From Isoptericola halotolerans (GTDB lineage: Bacteria; Actinomycetota; Actinomycetes; Actinomycetales; Cellulomonadaceae): a stretch of 64,000 bases of DNA. Below, in pieces: positions 47,809 through 58,228 of this stretch (its first letter is position 1; each line of letters opens with the position of its first letter). The notes under the pieces are model-generated. The model saw only the letters and a program-made list of their open reading frames with translations. It did not search any database and had not been told where the DNA came from. Both the position numbers and the translations under genes were made by a program. The stretch is taken from assembly GCF_013149785.1 (NCBI RefSeq), contig NZ_JABEZU010000002.1, positions 186,001-250,000 of the forward strand, read 5' to 3'.

Positions 47809-48924
47809 TCAGTCGGCGTCGGTGGTGGTGCGGCGCCGCCGGACCACCATCACGGTCCCCGCCCCCACGACGAGCAGCCCGACGGCCACGGCGACCAGGC
47901 GCAGCATGTCGGCTCCCGTCTCGGGGAGGAACGTCACCGATGACGCGCTGCCTCCCGGCGGGACCGCCGACCCGTCCCCGGGCGGGACCGCGGCGCCCGG
48001 CGGGACGGCGGTCCCGGGCGGCGTGCCCTCGTCGACACAGCCCGAGGTGTCCGTCGGGAACGTCACCGGCACCGTGACATCGGGGTTGACCCCGAAGGTG
48101 ACGTCGATCGTCCCGACGGCCCAGCCGAAGTCACGCGTGTTCTGCCACATGTTGTTCACGAGCTCCCAGCCGTCCTCGGCCGACAGCTCGACGAACCGCT
48201 CCGGGTAGGCGCCCGGCCACAGTGCCCGTCCGCGCAGCGGCTGGTCGGCCTGGACGAAGTCCTCGCCGTCCGGGTTGTTCCACGTGAGGGTGACGGTGTC
48301 GGCGGGGATGCCGTCGACGGTGACCCCGTAGTCGAGATAGGCCACCCCGTCCACGCACACCGGGGTCAGCACGTCGACGTCGATCGCAGGCTCCTCGGAC
48401 CCCGGCGGGTTCGTGTCGCAGCTCGGCGACGACGGCGGGTAGGCGACCGTCCGGCTCACCGTCGGGTTCACCTCGAAGAGGACCTCGACGGAGGGCCGGA
48501 CCCAGTCCCACTCGTCCCCGACGACCCACTCGCCGTCGACGAGGCTCCACCCCGGCCAGTCCACCGGGTTCCCGGAGCCGTCGACCTCGGCACCGGGCCA
48601 CAGGACGCGCCCCGACAACGGCTGGTCCGCGAGCACGTAGTCGCTGCCCGACGGGTTGACGAACGTGATCGTCACCGTCTCGGGGGCGGGATCGAGCCCT
48701 TCGACGACGGCGGCGTACTGCAGGTACGGCACGTCGCCGTCGCAGATCGGGTCGAGGATCTCGAGCTGGAGGTTCTCCTCGGGCTCCTCCGGGTACCCGG
48801 AGGTGCTCTCGGCCGGGTCGTCCTCCGTGTCGGCCAGGGCGAGGCTCGGTCCGCCGAGCACGACGACGGTGCTCAGCCCGAGCGCCAGCAGTGCGCCTCG
48901 CCGCGCGCGTGGTGCCGAAGTCAT
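47809..48924 (-). CDS. LPXTG cell-wall-anchored protein with duplicated domain
   Basis: Signal peptide, two homologous ~120 aa domains, and LPETG + TM + RRRR tail. Confidence 0.8.
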   Translation of the reverse strand: MTSAPRARRGALLALGLSTVVVLGGPSLALADTEDDPAESTSGYPEEPEENLQLEILDPICDGDVPYLQYAAVVEGLDPAPETVTITFVNPSGSDYVLADQPLSGRVLWPGAEVDGSGNPVDWPGWSLVDGEWVVGDEWDWVRPSVEVLFEVNPTVSRTVAYPPSSPSCDTNPPGSEEPAIDVDVLTPVCVDGVAYLDYGVTVDGIPADTVTLTWNNPDGEDFVQADQPLRGRALWPGAYPERFVELSAEDGWELVNNMWQNTRDFGWAVGTIDVTFGVNPDVTVPVTFPTDTSGCVDEGTPPGTAVPPGAAVPPGDGSAVPPGGSASSVTFLPETGADMLRLVAVAVGLLVVGAGTVMVVRRRRTTTDAD

Positions 48925-49054
48925 GGGTCCGTCCCCTTTGGTCTCGCCGTCCGCCTCAGGCTGCGGCCTGCCGCGTGGTTGCGACTTTCACGCTAGCCAC
49001 GGCGGGTCGTAGCGGGTATGGCTGGTCCGGGTGAAAGCGGGCGGACGGCCGATT

Positions 49055-50926
49055 TCACCCGCAGAACGGGACGTCGACGACGCGCAGCCCGGCCGCGCTG
49101 ATCGTGGGGGTGGACCACACCTCGAGCGTGCCGGGCCGGCCGGCACCCGCACCGCGCGCGGCCGCCGCCGAGGAGGGCGCCGTGACCTCGATCGTGGTGC
49201 TGCGTCCGGGCCGCAGCGTCACGGCGACCGACGTGCTCCCCCGCCCGCCCACGGTCAGCGTGGAGCCGCCGACGGGCGTGCCGTCCCGGGTCAGGGTGGG
49301 CGCGGGGCCGCCCTGGACGCCGGCAGCGGTGAGGTTGACCTCGATGGTCCCGCGGCGTGGGGCGTCCTCGGGGCCGGCGACGTAGAAGGGCAGCTCGCGG
49401 GCGGTGGCACGGTCGAGCGTGTTCGTCAGGGTCACCTCGACGGTGTCGTGCCGGACCTCGCCGGTGCAGACGGACGAGGCCGGCGCCATCTCGGCGTCGA
49501 GATAGGCGGTCATCTTGCCCGCCCGCGTGTCGTCGAGGAAGACGCCGATGGCGTCCGCCGCCCGCTCCGCGTCGAACGTCCCGGCGATCAGGGTGCCGGT
49601 GAGCAGGTCCTGCTCGTCGGGCCGGGGCGACCAGACGACGAACCGGTGCTGCTGGGCAGCCCGTTCGAACGCGGGCAGGACCGTGGCGGGGTCGACGTCG
49701 CCGCCGGCCAGGGTCTCGAAGACGGCGGCGGCCACCGCCGCGAACAGGGCGTCGGCGTCCTCGGGCTGGAGCGTCTCGTACACGCGGCGCAGCAGCAGGT
49801 CGACCACGTTCTGGGCACCGACCTCCAGGCTGTCGAGACCGACGGCGGCGGCCACGTCCGCCGGCAGGGGCACCTGGACGGGACCGGTCGCCTCGAGCAG
49901 GAACGACAGCGCCACCGGGTCGGTGGCGACCACGCCGTCGACCGTGCCGCCCCTGGCCCGTGACCACATCTCGGCGGCGATCTCACCGGTCGTCGGGAAC
50001 TGCGGGGTGGCCGTCACGTCCTGCACGAACCGCCCGAGGCGGTCCGAGTACGCGGCCTCGTCCTCCGGGTCGAGCGCCACCACAGGCTCGTCGAAGGGGC
50101 CGACCTCCCCGCTGGACGCCTGGTCGTCGATCGTCACCCGGCCGTCCTCGACGGTCAGCAGCGTGAGCGAACCGACGATGCCGCCGGCGGTGCGCAGCTC
50201 GGCGTTGTTGAGTCCGAGCAGCAGGTAGCGGCGCGGTTCGTCCGCCCCCAGCAGGAGCGGCAGCAGCGTGGTGGCACGCTCGGCGGTCGCCGCGAGCCCG
50301 GCGAGGACGTCGAGCCGGGACCGGAGCGTCACCAGCGGGTCCACGAGCTCGGGGCGGATCTCCTGGGGGTCTATCTGGTCCAGGTCCGCCCGGGCGACGT
50401 CGAGGGCCTGCCGGGCGTCCGACGCGGGTGCGGCAACCGCGGCCAGCGTCGACAGGTCGATCCCGCCGTCCTCCGTCCGCGTGGTCGCGGCCGCGGCGTC
50501 GCCGGTCGCTGCGAGGGCGGGCAGCACCTCGTCCGCGACGTCGTCGAGCGCGGCGGCCACGGACTGCACCGCCTCCACCGAGGGTCCGATCACCGGGAGG
50601 AAGGCGGCCAGGTCCCACAGGACCCCGTCGGTGGCGTCGCGCGCGGCGGTGGTCTGCTCCTGCAGCGAAGCCAGCTCGGGCGAGTCCGTGAGCGACCCGC
50701 CGGGGCCGTCGATCAGGCCCTCGCGCAGGGCCTGCTCGACGGCGGGGATCTGGACGGCAGCCTCCTCGAGGGCGTCGCGTGCGATCAGCGCCTCGCGGAC
50801 CATGACGACCGCGGCGACGGCGGTGGCGACCACGAGCACCACCATGGACAGCAGCACCCAGCGCAGGACGTGGCGACGCGGACGAGCTGCCGGCGGACCT
50901 GCCGTACCGCTGGCCTCGACGGTCAT
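49055..50926 (-). CDS. DUF4012 domain protein
   Basis: RRYLLLGLNNAELRTAGGIVG, PQFPT, VDGVVATDP. Confidence 0.82.
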   Translation of the reverse strand: MTVEASGTAGPPAARPRRHVLRWVLLSMVVLVVATAVAAVVMVREALIARDALEEAAVQIPAVEQALREGLIDGPGGSLTDSPELASLQEQTTAARDATDGVLWDLAAFLPVIGPSVEAVQSVAAALDDVADEVLPALAATGDAAAATTRTEDGGIDLSTLAAVAAPASDARQALDVARADLDQIDPQEIRPELVDPLVTLRSRLDVLAGLAATAERATTLLPLLLGADEPRRYLLLGLNNAELRTAGGIVGSLTLLTVEDGRVTIDDQASSGEVGPFDEPVVALDPEDEAAYSDRLGRFVQDVTATPQFPTTGEIAAEMWSRARGGTVDGVVATDPVALSFLLEATGPVQVPLPADVAAAVGLDSLEVGAQNVVDLLLRRVYETLQPEDADALFAAVAAAVFETLAGGDVDPATVLPAFERAAQQHRFVVWSPRPDEQDLLTGTLIAGTFDAERAADAIGVFLDDTRAGKMTAYLDAEMAPASSVCTGEVRHDTVEVTLTNTLDRATARELPFYVAGPEDAPRRGTIEVNLTAAGVQGGPAPTLTRDGTPVGGSTLTVGGRGSTSVAVTLRPGRSTTIEVTAPSSAAAARGAGAGRPGTLEVWSTPTISAAGLRVVDVPFCG

Positions 50927-51093
50927 GACCGCAGAGTACGTCGTCGGCTGACCGAGAGGTCAGTGCATCCGGGGGTGAAACACCGGCGAGCCTGCAAGAC
51001 CGGGTGCAGCCGGGACATAGTGCAGGTGGCCGGCGGCGTCCGGCCGGGCTCCGGCATCCTGTCGGGGCGCGACCACCGATCGCAGGAGGCACT

Positions 51094-51669
51094 GTGACCC
51101 CCGACGAGGCGACCCACCACGACGACGCGTGGTTCGACGCGCTGTTCGCCGCGCACGCGGTGGCCGTCCACCGGTACTTCCTGCGGCGTCTGCCCGGGGG
51201 AGACGGGTCGCGGGACGAGGCGGAGGACCTGGCGGCGGAGGTGCTCGCCACCGCCTGGCGACGGCGCACGGACGTCCCGCACGGTGCGGAGCTGCCCTGG
51301 CTCTACCGGACGGCGGGGTTCGTGCTGGCCAACCATCGCCGCAAGCACCGCGCCCTGCCGGTCGCGGTCGTCCCTGACGAGCCGGACGACGTCGACCCGG
51401 CCGCGCTCGCCGTCGTCGACGACCGGGTCCGGGCGGCGCTGGCCCTGCTCTCTGCGCGCGACCGCCGCATCCTGCTGCTGGTCGCGTGGGACGGGCTCGG
51501 CGGGGACGACCTCGCCGAGGTGCTCGGGGTGACCCGCGGCGGGGCGGACGCCGCGCTGAGCCGGGCACGGTCGAGGCTGCGCGACGCCTGGGAGCAGGCC
51601 GACGACGACGGCGCGGTCGCGGCCGGGACGCCGGAGAGCGCCGGTGGAGCGCAAGGTGGCGGCGCGTGA
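51094..51669 (+). CDS. ECF RNA polymerase sigma factor
   Basis: AEDLAAEV...AWRR, LPWLY, LVAWDGL...LSRARSRL. AGGAGG RBS. Confidence 0.85.
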   Translation: MTPDEATHHDDAWFDALFAAHAVAVHRYFLRRLPGGDGSRDEAEDLAAEVLATAWRRRTDVPHGAELPWLYRTAGFVLANHRRKHRALPVAVVPDEPDDVDPAALAVVDDRVRAALALLSARDRRILLLVAWDGLGGDDLAEVLGVTRGGADAALSRARSRLRDAWEQADDDGAVAAGTPESAGGAQGGGA

Positions 51670-51715
51670 CGACACAAGCAGGGTGCCAGACCGAGAGCGA
51701 CCCGAGGAGGCCGTG

Positions 51716-53083
51716 ATGAACACCGAGGACGAGGCCTACCAGCGGCTCGCCGCAGCAGATCCTGCCGCCGACGCCGAGCCGAGGGCGGAGGTGCTGCGAG
51801 CCAAGGCCGACGCGCTGGCCGCCGCACCCGCACAGGACGTGCCGCCGGGCGGCGACGAGGTGTCCGTCCGTCGGTCCCGCCGGCGGACACCGTGGCTCGT
51901 GGCGGCGGGCGTGGCCGGGGCGGTGGCTCTCGGAGGTGGTGGGTACGCGTTGGGGGCCTCCGGTGCGGGGGAGATGCTCGTCGCCGGTGACCGCGTGGCG
52001 GACCAGGCGCTGCCTCCCATCACTCTCGGTGGTGGCCGGGCCGGCGCGGAGTCGGGGGCGGACAGCGCTGCCGGTGCCACCGAGGAGGGTGCGAGCGACG
52101 CCGCGACCACGGACATCGGGCTGCCCGGCTGGTACGACGGTCGGGCGGTGTTCAGCGCCCGCGGGCTGTCGGGCGAGGCCGGGGCCGCGACGGCCTACGC
52201 CTACGACGCCCGCGAGGTCGGCACCGCGGAGGGCGCGGCCCGGCTGGCGGAGGCGCTCGGGGTCGAGGGCGAGCCCCGCTGGGAGTGGGGTGCGTGGCAC
52301 GTGGGGCCGCGTGACGGCCAGGGCGCCGGCATCTGGCTCTCGGCGGACGGGACGGCGTACTTCAGCTACAACGACCCGGCGGCCGACCCCTGGCGGTGTG
52401 ACGACCTGGCCGCCGAGACGCGGCAGCAGGACGCCGAGGGCGGCACGGACGACATGATCCTGCCCGCGGACTGCGGCGAGCCCGCCGCTCTGACGATCTC
52501 GCCGCAGGACGCGGTCGACGAGGTGCGCGACCTCATGGAGAGGGTCGGCGTCGACCCGGAGGGCTTCGTGTTCGACGCCCCCGACGACTCCGACGAGGGT
52601 GCGGTGTGGGTGACGGCCGAGCAGGTGGTGGACGGCCAGCGCACCGGCTCGTCCTGGAGCGCGACCGTCGGCGACGCGGGCGTGTCGTGGCTCGACGGCT
52701 TCCTCGCCGAGACGGTCCCGCTCGGCGACTACCCCGTCGTCAGCGCGGCGGAGGCGGTCGAGCGGCTCGGTGACCCGCGGTTCGGGGGCTCGTCGTGGCC
52801 GGTGACGTACGCGGCCGGGACCGAGGTGATGCTCGAGGAACGCTACGAGGACGAGGACGGCAGCGAGCCGAGCGCGCCGCCGGCGCCGCCGTCGTCGGGC
52901 AGCGACCTGCCGTGGCCCGTGTCCGACGTGGTGATCACCGACGCCCGGCTCGGGCTCACCCAGCATCACGACGACGGCGGCTCGGTGATGCTGCTGCCCG
53001 CGTACGAGCTGAGCGACGCCGCGGGCAACACCTGGTCGGTGCTCGCCGTGGCGGAGGAGGCTCTGGACACGACCTCGTCCTGA
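51716..53083 (+). CDS. Single-pass membrane protein, putative anti-sigma factor
   Basis: Directly downstream of an ECF sigma. RLAAADPA N-terminus, RRR+TM, acidic extracytoplasmic domain. Confidence 0.65.
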   Translation: MNTEDEAYQRLAAADPAADAEPRAEVLRAKADALAAAPAQDVPPGGDEVSVRRSRRRTPWLVAAGVAGAVALGGGGYALGASGAGEMLVAGDRVADQALPPITLGGGRAGAESGADSAAGATEEGASDAATTDIGLPGWYDGRAVFSARGLSGEAGAATAYAYDAREVGTAEGAARLAEALGVEGEPRWEWGAWHVGPRDGQGAGIWLSADGTAYFSYNDPAADPWRCDDLAAETRQQDAEGGTDDMILPADCGEPAALTISPQDAVDEVRDLMERVGVDPEGFVFDAPDDSDEGAVWVTAEQVVDGQRTGSSWSATVGDAGVSWLDGFLAETVPLGDYPVVSAAEAVERLGDPRFGGSSWPVTYAAGTEVMLEERYEDEDGSEPSAPPAPPSSGSDLPWPVSDVVITDARLGLTQHHDDGGSVMLLPAYELSDAAGNTWSVLAVAEEALDTTSS

Positions 53084-53133
53084 GGGCGGGGTACGGTCGG
53101 GACGTCCCTGCCGTACCCGTGAAGGAGAACTCC

Positions 53134-53577
53134 ATGTCCACCCGTACCGCACGCACCGCCTGGAACGGCACCCTGCAGGAGGGGACGGGCCAGACCGAGC
53201 TGAGCAGCTCGGGGGTCGGGACGTTCCCGGTCTCGTTCCCCCGTCGCACGGCCGACGCCGCCGAGGGTGTGACGAGCCCCGAGGAGCTCATCGCCGCGGC
53301 CCACTCGTCCTGCTTCGCCATGGCGTTCTCGGGCGAGCTGGGCAACTCCGGTGCCACGCCCGAGCAGGTCGAGGTCTCCGCGGACGTCACGCTGACGCCG
53401 GACCCCGCCGGTGGGCTGAAGATCGCCAAGATCGCGCTGAGCGTGCGGGGCTACGCCTCCGGTACCGACGAGGCAGGCTTCCGCCAGGCCGCCGAGGCGG
53501 CGAAGGTCGGCTGCCCGGTGTCCAAGGCGCTCGGGGCCGTCGAGGAGATCACCCTCGACGTCTCCTACGAGGGGTAG
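53134..53577 (+). CDS. osmC: OsmC family peroxiredoxin
   Basis: SPEELIAAAHSSCFAMA and AK.GCPVSKAL. AAGGAG RBS. Confidence 0.92.
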   Translation: MSTRTARTAWNGTLQEGTGQTELSSSGVGTFPVSFPRRTADAAEGVTSPEELIAAAHSSCFAMAFSGELGNSGATPEQVEVSADVTLTPDPAGGLKIAKIALSVRGYASGTDEAGFRQAAEAAKVGCPVSKALGAVEEITLDVSYEG

Positions 53578-53592
53578 GAGCTCAGGCCACCT

Positions 53593-54708
53593 CTACTTGG
53601 TGAGCGGCGGGGTGTCGGCGTGGGCGCCGTCGAGCACCCCGCCGAGCACCTCCAGGAGCACCTCGCCCTGGCTCCGGGTGGGCTGCCAGCGCAGCAGGTC
53701 CCGGGCGCGCGAGGCGTCCATGACGATGTTCGCGGCGGCCATGTCGAGCCACCCGGCGTCGATCGGCACGAGCCGGGCGCGGGAGGCCAGGTCGAGCCCG
53801 CGCCGCAGCAGGCCCACGGGCAGCTCGAGCACGCGGCCGTCGGCGAGCAGGTCGGCGAGGTCCTGCCCGGTGAGCCCGCCGTCGGGGGCGAGGTTGAAGG
53901 CCCCGGGGTGCCGGCCGACGATCGCGGCGCGGACGGCGCCGGCCGTGTCGTCCGGGTGCAGCACCTGCAGGCGCAGCCCGCGGGGGAACGGCACGAGAGG
54001 GAACAACGGCGGGTCGGCGGGCTGCGGCGGTGCGTCGCTCTGCCAGCCGCGGAGCAGCCCGCCGACGGCCTTGCCCAGCGGGCCCGCCGCGACCTTGAGC
54101 CCGACCTTGCCGATCGGCCCGAGGAAGTAGCGGCCGATCTCTGCCCCGGCCTCGCGCTGCAGCATGATCGCCGGACGCATCCGGGTCACCGTCAGCCAGG
54201 GCTCGGCGTCCTCGACGTCGTCGAGCAGGTGCTCGACCTCGGCCTTGTCCAGGGCGTAGGGCGAGCCGGGCACGCCGCCGGTGGGCCAGTCCTCGTCGAC
54301 GGGGCTCCCGTCGGCGGGGCCGGGCGAGTAGACGCCGGACGCGGACATGAACAGCAGGTGCGGCACGCGCTGGCGCACGACGGCGTCGACGACGGCGCGG
54401 GTCCCGTCGACGTTGATGTGGTGCAGCACGTCGGGCTTGCGGGCGGGCTGGATCGCCCAGACGAGGTGGACGACGGCGTCGGCACCGGCCACGGCCACGT
54501 CGAGGCGCTCGGCGACGGTGACGTCGTCCGCGAGGTCGGCACGCACCCACTCGGCGGTGTCGAACGGTGGGGTGACGGTGCTGCTGCCGTCGGTGCGGGG
54601 CACCCGGCGAGCCACCCCGACGACCGACGTCACCGCCGGTTCGGCGGCGAGCGCTCGCAGCACGGACATCCCGACGTTCCCGGTGGCACCTATCACGACG
54701 ACTCGCAT
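53593..54708 (-). CDS. NAD-dependent epimerase/dehydratase family protein
   Basis: GATGNVG, INVDGT, YALDK. Confidence 0.85.
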   Translation of the reverse strand: MRVVVIGATGNVGMSVLRALAAEPAVTSVVGVARRVPRTDGSSTVTPPFDTAEWVRADLADDVTVAERLDVAVAGADAVVHLVWAIQPARKPDVLHHINVDGTRAVVDAVVRQRVPHLLFMSASGVYSPGPADGSPVDEDWPTGGVPGSPYALDKAEVEHLLDDVEDAEPWLTVTRMRPAIMLQREAGAEIGRYFLGPIGKVGLKVAAGPLGKAVGGLLRGWQSDAPPQPADPPLFPLVPFPRGLRLQVLHPDDTAGAVRAAIVGRHPGAFNLAPDGGLTGQDLADLLADGRVLELPVGLLRRGLDLASRARLVPIDAGWLDMAAANIVMDASRARDLLRWQPTRSQGEVLLEVLGGVLDGAHADTPPLTK

Positions 54709-54912
54709 GCCCCGACGCTATCGGCGTCGTGTCGACGTGCAACCTAGGTTGCAAGATCCTCCATGTTTGTTACAAGGTCCCTCGGTGCGTGACGCTGGGC
54801 GGGCAGCTGTCGGCGTGGTGTGCGAGCGGTGGGCGCTCGTTGGCTCATGGCGGAACGGCAGCGTGAAGCGGGGCGACCGGAGCGAGGACTCAAAGCGGGG
54901 TGACACTGGATC

Positions 54913-55443
54913 GTGCCCGCCTTTGACCCGGCGGAGTCGACTCCGCCGTTCGACTTCGTCCTGATGCAGAACGGGGCCGTGAGTCTCTACTGGGATCTCG
55001 CGGTACTTGATGATGCGTGCATCAGGCTGTCGGCGCTCGGCTACCGCGTCGTCCGCATCGAGGCTGACGCATGGTGCGACGCGGCGTCCATGTTCGACGC
55101 CCTTGCCGTGGCGCTGGAACTCCCCGGCCACTTTCGCAGGAACTTCGACGCACTGAACGACTGTCTCTCCGACGTGGCGGCCGGGGACTACGGCCTGCCT
55201 GCTGATGCCATAGGCCTCGCGCTGGTCCTGACCGGCTACGACTCGTTCGCTGCGACGGAGCCCGTCGCGGCGCAGGCGTTGGCGGATCCGTTTGCGGACC
55301 AGTCGCGAACCGCATTGCTGTTCGGCCATCGGTTGATTTGTCTGCTCCAGAGCGATAATCCGCGGTTCGACCTTGCTCCGGTCGGCGCCCAGGCCGTCGC
55401 CTGGAACCCCGCAGAGTGGCTGGACTCTCAGCGCGGAGTCTGA
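54913..55443 (+). CDS. Barstar family protein
   Basis: LELPGHFRRNFDALNDCLSD resembles the barstar FP.YFG.N.DAL.DCL.D motif. Confidence 0.8.
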   Translation: MPAFDPAESTPPFDFVLMQNGAVSLYWDLAVLDDACIRLSALGYRVVRIEADAWCDAASMFDALAVALELPGHFRRNFDALNDCLSDVAAGDYGLPADAIGLALVLTGYDSFAATEPVAAQALADPFADQSRTALLFGHRLICLLQSDNPRFDLAPVGAQAVAWNPAEWLDSQRGV

Positions 55444-55615
55444 GTTGAGTGCTTGCGGCGAACCTCCCTCTTGAGCCACCGATGCCTGCGCTGCCATATT
55501 CTGACCAGAACCGCCTGTACCCAGTGCAGCGGCTGCGCCAGGGCTCCCAGTCAGGGCCCGCATCGTGATGCGGGGCCCGACCCTGCCAGCAGGCGACAGT
55601 GGGGTATGGAGGCAG

Positions 55616-56578
55616 TCAGGCGATCGAGATCACGAGTTTTCCTTGCACGCCCCCCGACTCGAGCCGCCGGTGAGCTTCGCGGATGGAGGCCAGGGGGTAG
55701 ACGGTGTCGACGACGGGACGGACGGCCTCCCGGTCGGCGAGCGAGGCGACCTCGGCCAGCAACTCGGTTCTCGGCGCGCCGCGGAAGAACCGCACACGCT
55801 GGCGACCGTGGACGGCGGACCACGCGATCGCACCGAGCTCCCGGGCGATGTGATCAAAGTCGACGGAGAGAGCGATGAACCGGCCACCCGGAGCGAGCCG
55901 CTTCCGGTATGCAAGGTGCCTGCCCGCACTCGACGCGTCGACGATCACGTCAAAGAGTCGGAGATCCGAGGGTGGGGTCGCGTAGTCGATGACTTCGTCG
56001 GCACCGAGCCCTCGCACGTAGTCGGCGCTCGAAGGTCGGGCCAGTCCCGTCACATGCGCTCCCAGTACTCGGCCGAGCTGGACGACGACGCTGCCCACAC
56101 CGCCTGCGGCCCCGCGCACGAGAAGGCGCTCTCCCCGCCTGATGCGGGCTTCATCTCGCAGGGCACGAAGGCCCGTCGTGCCCCCGGCGAGCAATGTGGC
56201 GGCCTCGAGCTCGCTGATGCTTTTGGGAGCAGCAGACAGGTGGTCCTCGGGGACGACGACGTACTCGGCGGCGCTGGAGAAACCGCCCTTCTCACGCACG
56301 GTGCCCCAGACCTGCTGCCCAGCAGCGAGGGTCGGTTCCCCCATGCCGTGCCCGACGACCGTCCCGACGAGATCGAGCCCAGTCTGACGAGGCGTCGTTC
56401 GGCCCGTGAGGAGCCTGAACCGACCGGCACGGTCGAGCAGCTCGCTGCCGTTGACCGAGACTGCTCCTACCTGCACGAGCACCTCCCCAGCAGCAGGCTC
56501 TGGGACAGGGATGCGGTCGATCTGCAGTACCTCGGGGCCGCCGAACTGGTGGAACCGGGCAGCGCGCATGTCGTTCAT
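55616..56578 (-). CDS. NAD(P)-dependent MDR/quinone oxidoreductase-like protein
   Basis: FGGPEVL, GAAGGVG, YPL...EAH...GKLV. Confidence 0.85.
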   Translation of the reverse strand: MNDMRAARFHQFGGPEVLQIDRIPVPEPAAGEVLVQVGAVSVNGSELLDRAGRFRLLTGRTTPRQTGLDLVGTVVGHGMGEPTLAAGQQVWGTVREKGGFSSAAEYVVVPEDHLSAAPKSISELEAATLLAGGTTGLRALRDEARIRRGERLLVRGAAGGVGSVVVQLGRVLGAHVTGLARPSSADYVRGLGADEVIDYATPPSDLRLFDVIVDASSAGRHLAYRKRLAPGGRFIALSVDFDHIARELGAIAWSAVHGRQRVRFFRGAPRTELLAEVASLADREAVRPVVDTVYPLASIREAHRRLESGGVQGKLVISIA

Positions 56579-56698
56579 GGGAATGTCTGTCTCCTCGTCA
56601 TCGTGGATCATGACCGTAGGAGTCGAGACGTTCGACGGCGTCCGTTTCCGGTCGAAGTGAGACTGATCAGCAGCGGGACCTCTCAGAACGGTGGGCAG

Positions 56699-57280
56699 AT
56701 GCGGGGAGCGGCGAGGAGCGACGCCCGTCGAAATCACGACAGGCTCGTGGCGGCCGCACGGCAGGTGTTCGCTGAACGAGGCCTTGATACGCCGATGGCA
56801 ACCGTCGCACGCACAGCCGGTCTGGCCCCGGCGACCCTGTATCGGCACTTCCCCAGCCGCGCCGCGCTGACCGCGGCGGTCTTCACCGGCGACCTCGAAG
56901 GATGCGCGACCCTTGTCGAGGAGGCTCTGGCCGACACCGACCCTCGGCGAGGGCTGGTGATGCTGCTTGACGAGGTGGCCAAGCAGCAGATCCAGAACCG
57001 TGCGTTCGCAGACGCCTTCCTCGGTCAGGCGCCAGCGTTGCCCGCGTTCGACGCGCTTCGCAGACGAACCCTCGACCTGCTCGGTGATCTTGTCCGTCGG
57101 GCCAAGGCGAGCGGCGGTCTCCGCGAGGACTTCTCGCCCGGCGACGTCTTCGTGATGCTGTACGCCAACCGAGGTTTCGCGGCGATGCCACAGGAATCCG
57201 CTGAGCGCGCTTCCAACAGACTGACCGCCTTGTTCATCGAAGCGTGCTTCATCCAGCCTCGCGCACTCCAGAAGGCATGA
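56699..57280 (+). CDS. TetR family transcriptional regulator
   Basis: RSDARRN...VARTAGLAPATLYRHFPSR. Divergent from the oxidoreductase. Confidence 0.88.
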   Translation: MRGAARSDARRNHDRLVAAARQVFAERGLDTPMATVARTAGLAPATLYRHFPSRAALTAAVFTGDLEGCATLVEEALADTDPRRGLVMLLDEVAKQQIQNRAFADAFLGQAPALPAFDALRRRTLDLLGDLVRRAKASGGLREDFSPGDVFVMLYANRGFAAMPQESAERASNRLTALFIEACFIQPRALQKA

Positions 57281-57442
57281 CCACGCCTTCTACCTAGTAC
57301 GTCGCGGACGCCACGGGACCTGGTAGGTCACCGCGACGGGGCGGGACCTCGACGCGTCCGGTTCCGGTGACGAGGTGCTGCGCGCGCATCGCTCCGAGGT
57401 GTAGGACTGCAGCAAGAAGCCGCGGTGCGGTTCGGTCTGTGG

Positions 57443-58177
57443 CTACAGGCGCGCCGCGTCGCGCCTGTACATCGCCGCGTGCTCGAGGAGATGGTGCGCG
57501 CCGGTCGTGCGGGCGTGTTCCTCGGTCCACGCCGCGAGCTCGTGGAGCCTCTGGCGCATCGCGCTCCGTGCATCGGAGGCGGACGGCGCAGCGTCGGCCC
57601 CGTAGCTGTCGAGCAGGTGGGTCAGCCGTGCTTCCGGTGGTGGTCCGTCTGTGGGTGCGGGCATGTCTTCGCACCAGCCGCAGATCCGGTATGCGAGGTA
57701 GGCGAGGTCCCATCCCCGTGGCCCCGGGGAAGCCATGTCCATGTCGATGAAGCCGACCAGCTGTTCGCCGTCGTGGACCATGTTGTAGGGCGCGACGTCG
57801 TTGAGGCAGATCACCTCGGCCGGCTCATGGGCTGGCATCCGCCACACGGCCCTGGTGAGACAGAAGTTCTGGGTCGCGTCGTGCCAGGACCGCAGCAGCT
57901 TCCCGGCGTCCCTGGCGGTCCCGGACTCCCACACCCAGGCAGGCACCGGCCACCCCGCCGTCTCACCGGCCAGGTAGCTGAGTACCTCTCGTCCTTGATC
58001 GTCCACCCCCAGCGGCGTCGGGACGCCCTGGACTCCTTGGGCGCGGACCCAGGCGAGCAGCGCGTGAATCGTCGGAGTCCACGGCCCAGCGGTGCGGCGG
58101 ACCGTGTCGCCGACCCTCACCACTTCGTTGACGTTGCCGCCAGTGAGGTCGCTTCCGATCTCATCACCCGTGCCCAT
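57443..58177 (-). CDS. Aminoglycoside phosphotransferase (APH)-like kinase
   Basis: LTGGNVN, CLNDVAPYN (HxD-like Brenner motif with His replaced), FIDMD, WDLAY. Confidence 0.75.
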   Translation of the reverse strand: MGTGDEIGSDLTGGNVNEVVRVGDTVRRTAGPWTPTIHALLAWVRAQGVQGVPTPLGVDDQGREVLSYLAGETAGWPVPAWVWESGTARDAGKLLRSWHDATQNFCLTRAVWRMPAHEPAEVICLNDVAPYNMVHDGEQLVGFIDMDMASPGPRGWDLAYLAYRICGWCEDMPAPTDGPPPEARLTHLLDSYGADAAPSASDARSAMRQRLHELAAWTEEHARTTGAHHLLEHAAMYRRDAARL

Positions 58178-58228
58178 CGCTAGATGTTCGCACGTGAGCG
58201 TCCCAGGGATCGCCGCTCGGAGCTCTTC

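Noticed and set aside
54738..54780. AT-rich palindrome as a chromosomal dif site
   Set aside because: It lacks the XerD arm TTATGTyAA. Better explained as a transposon end.
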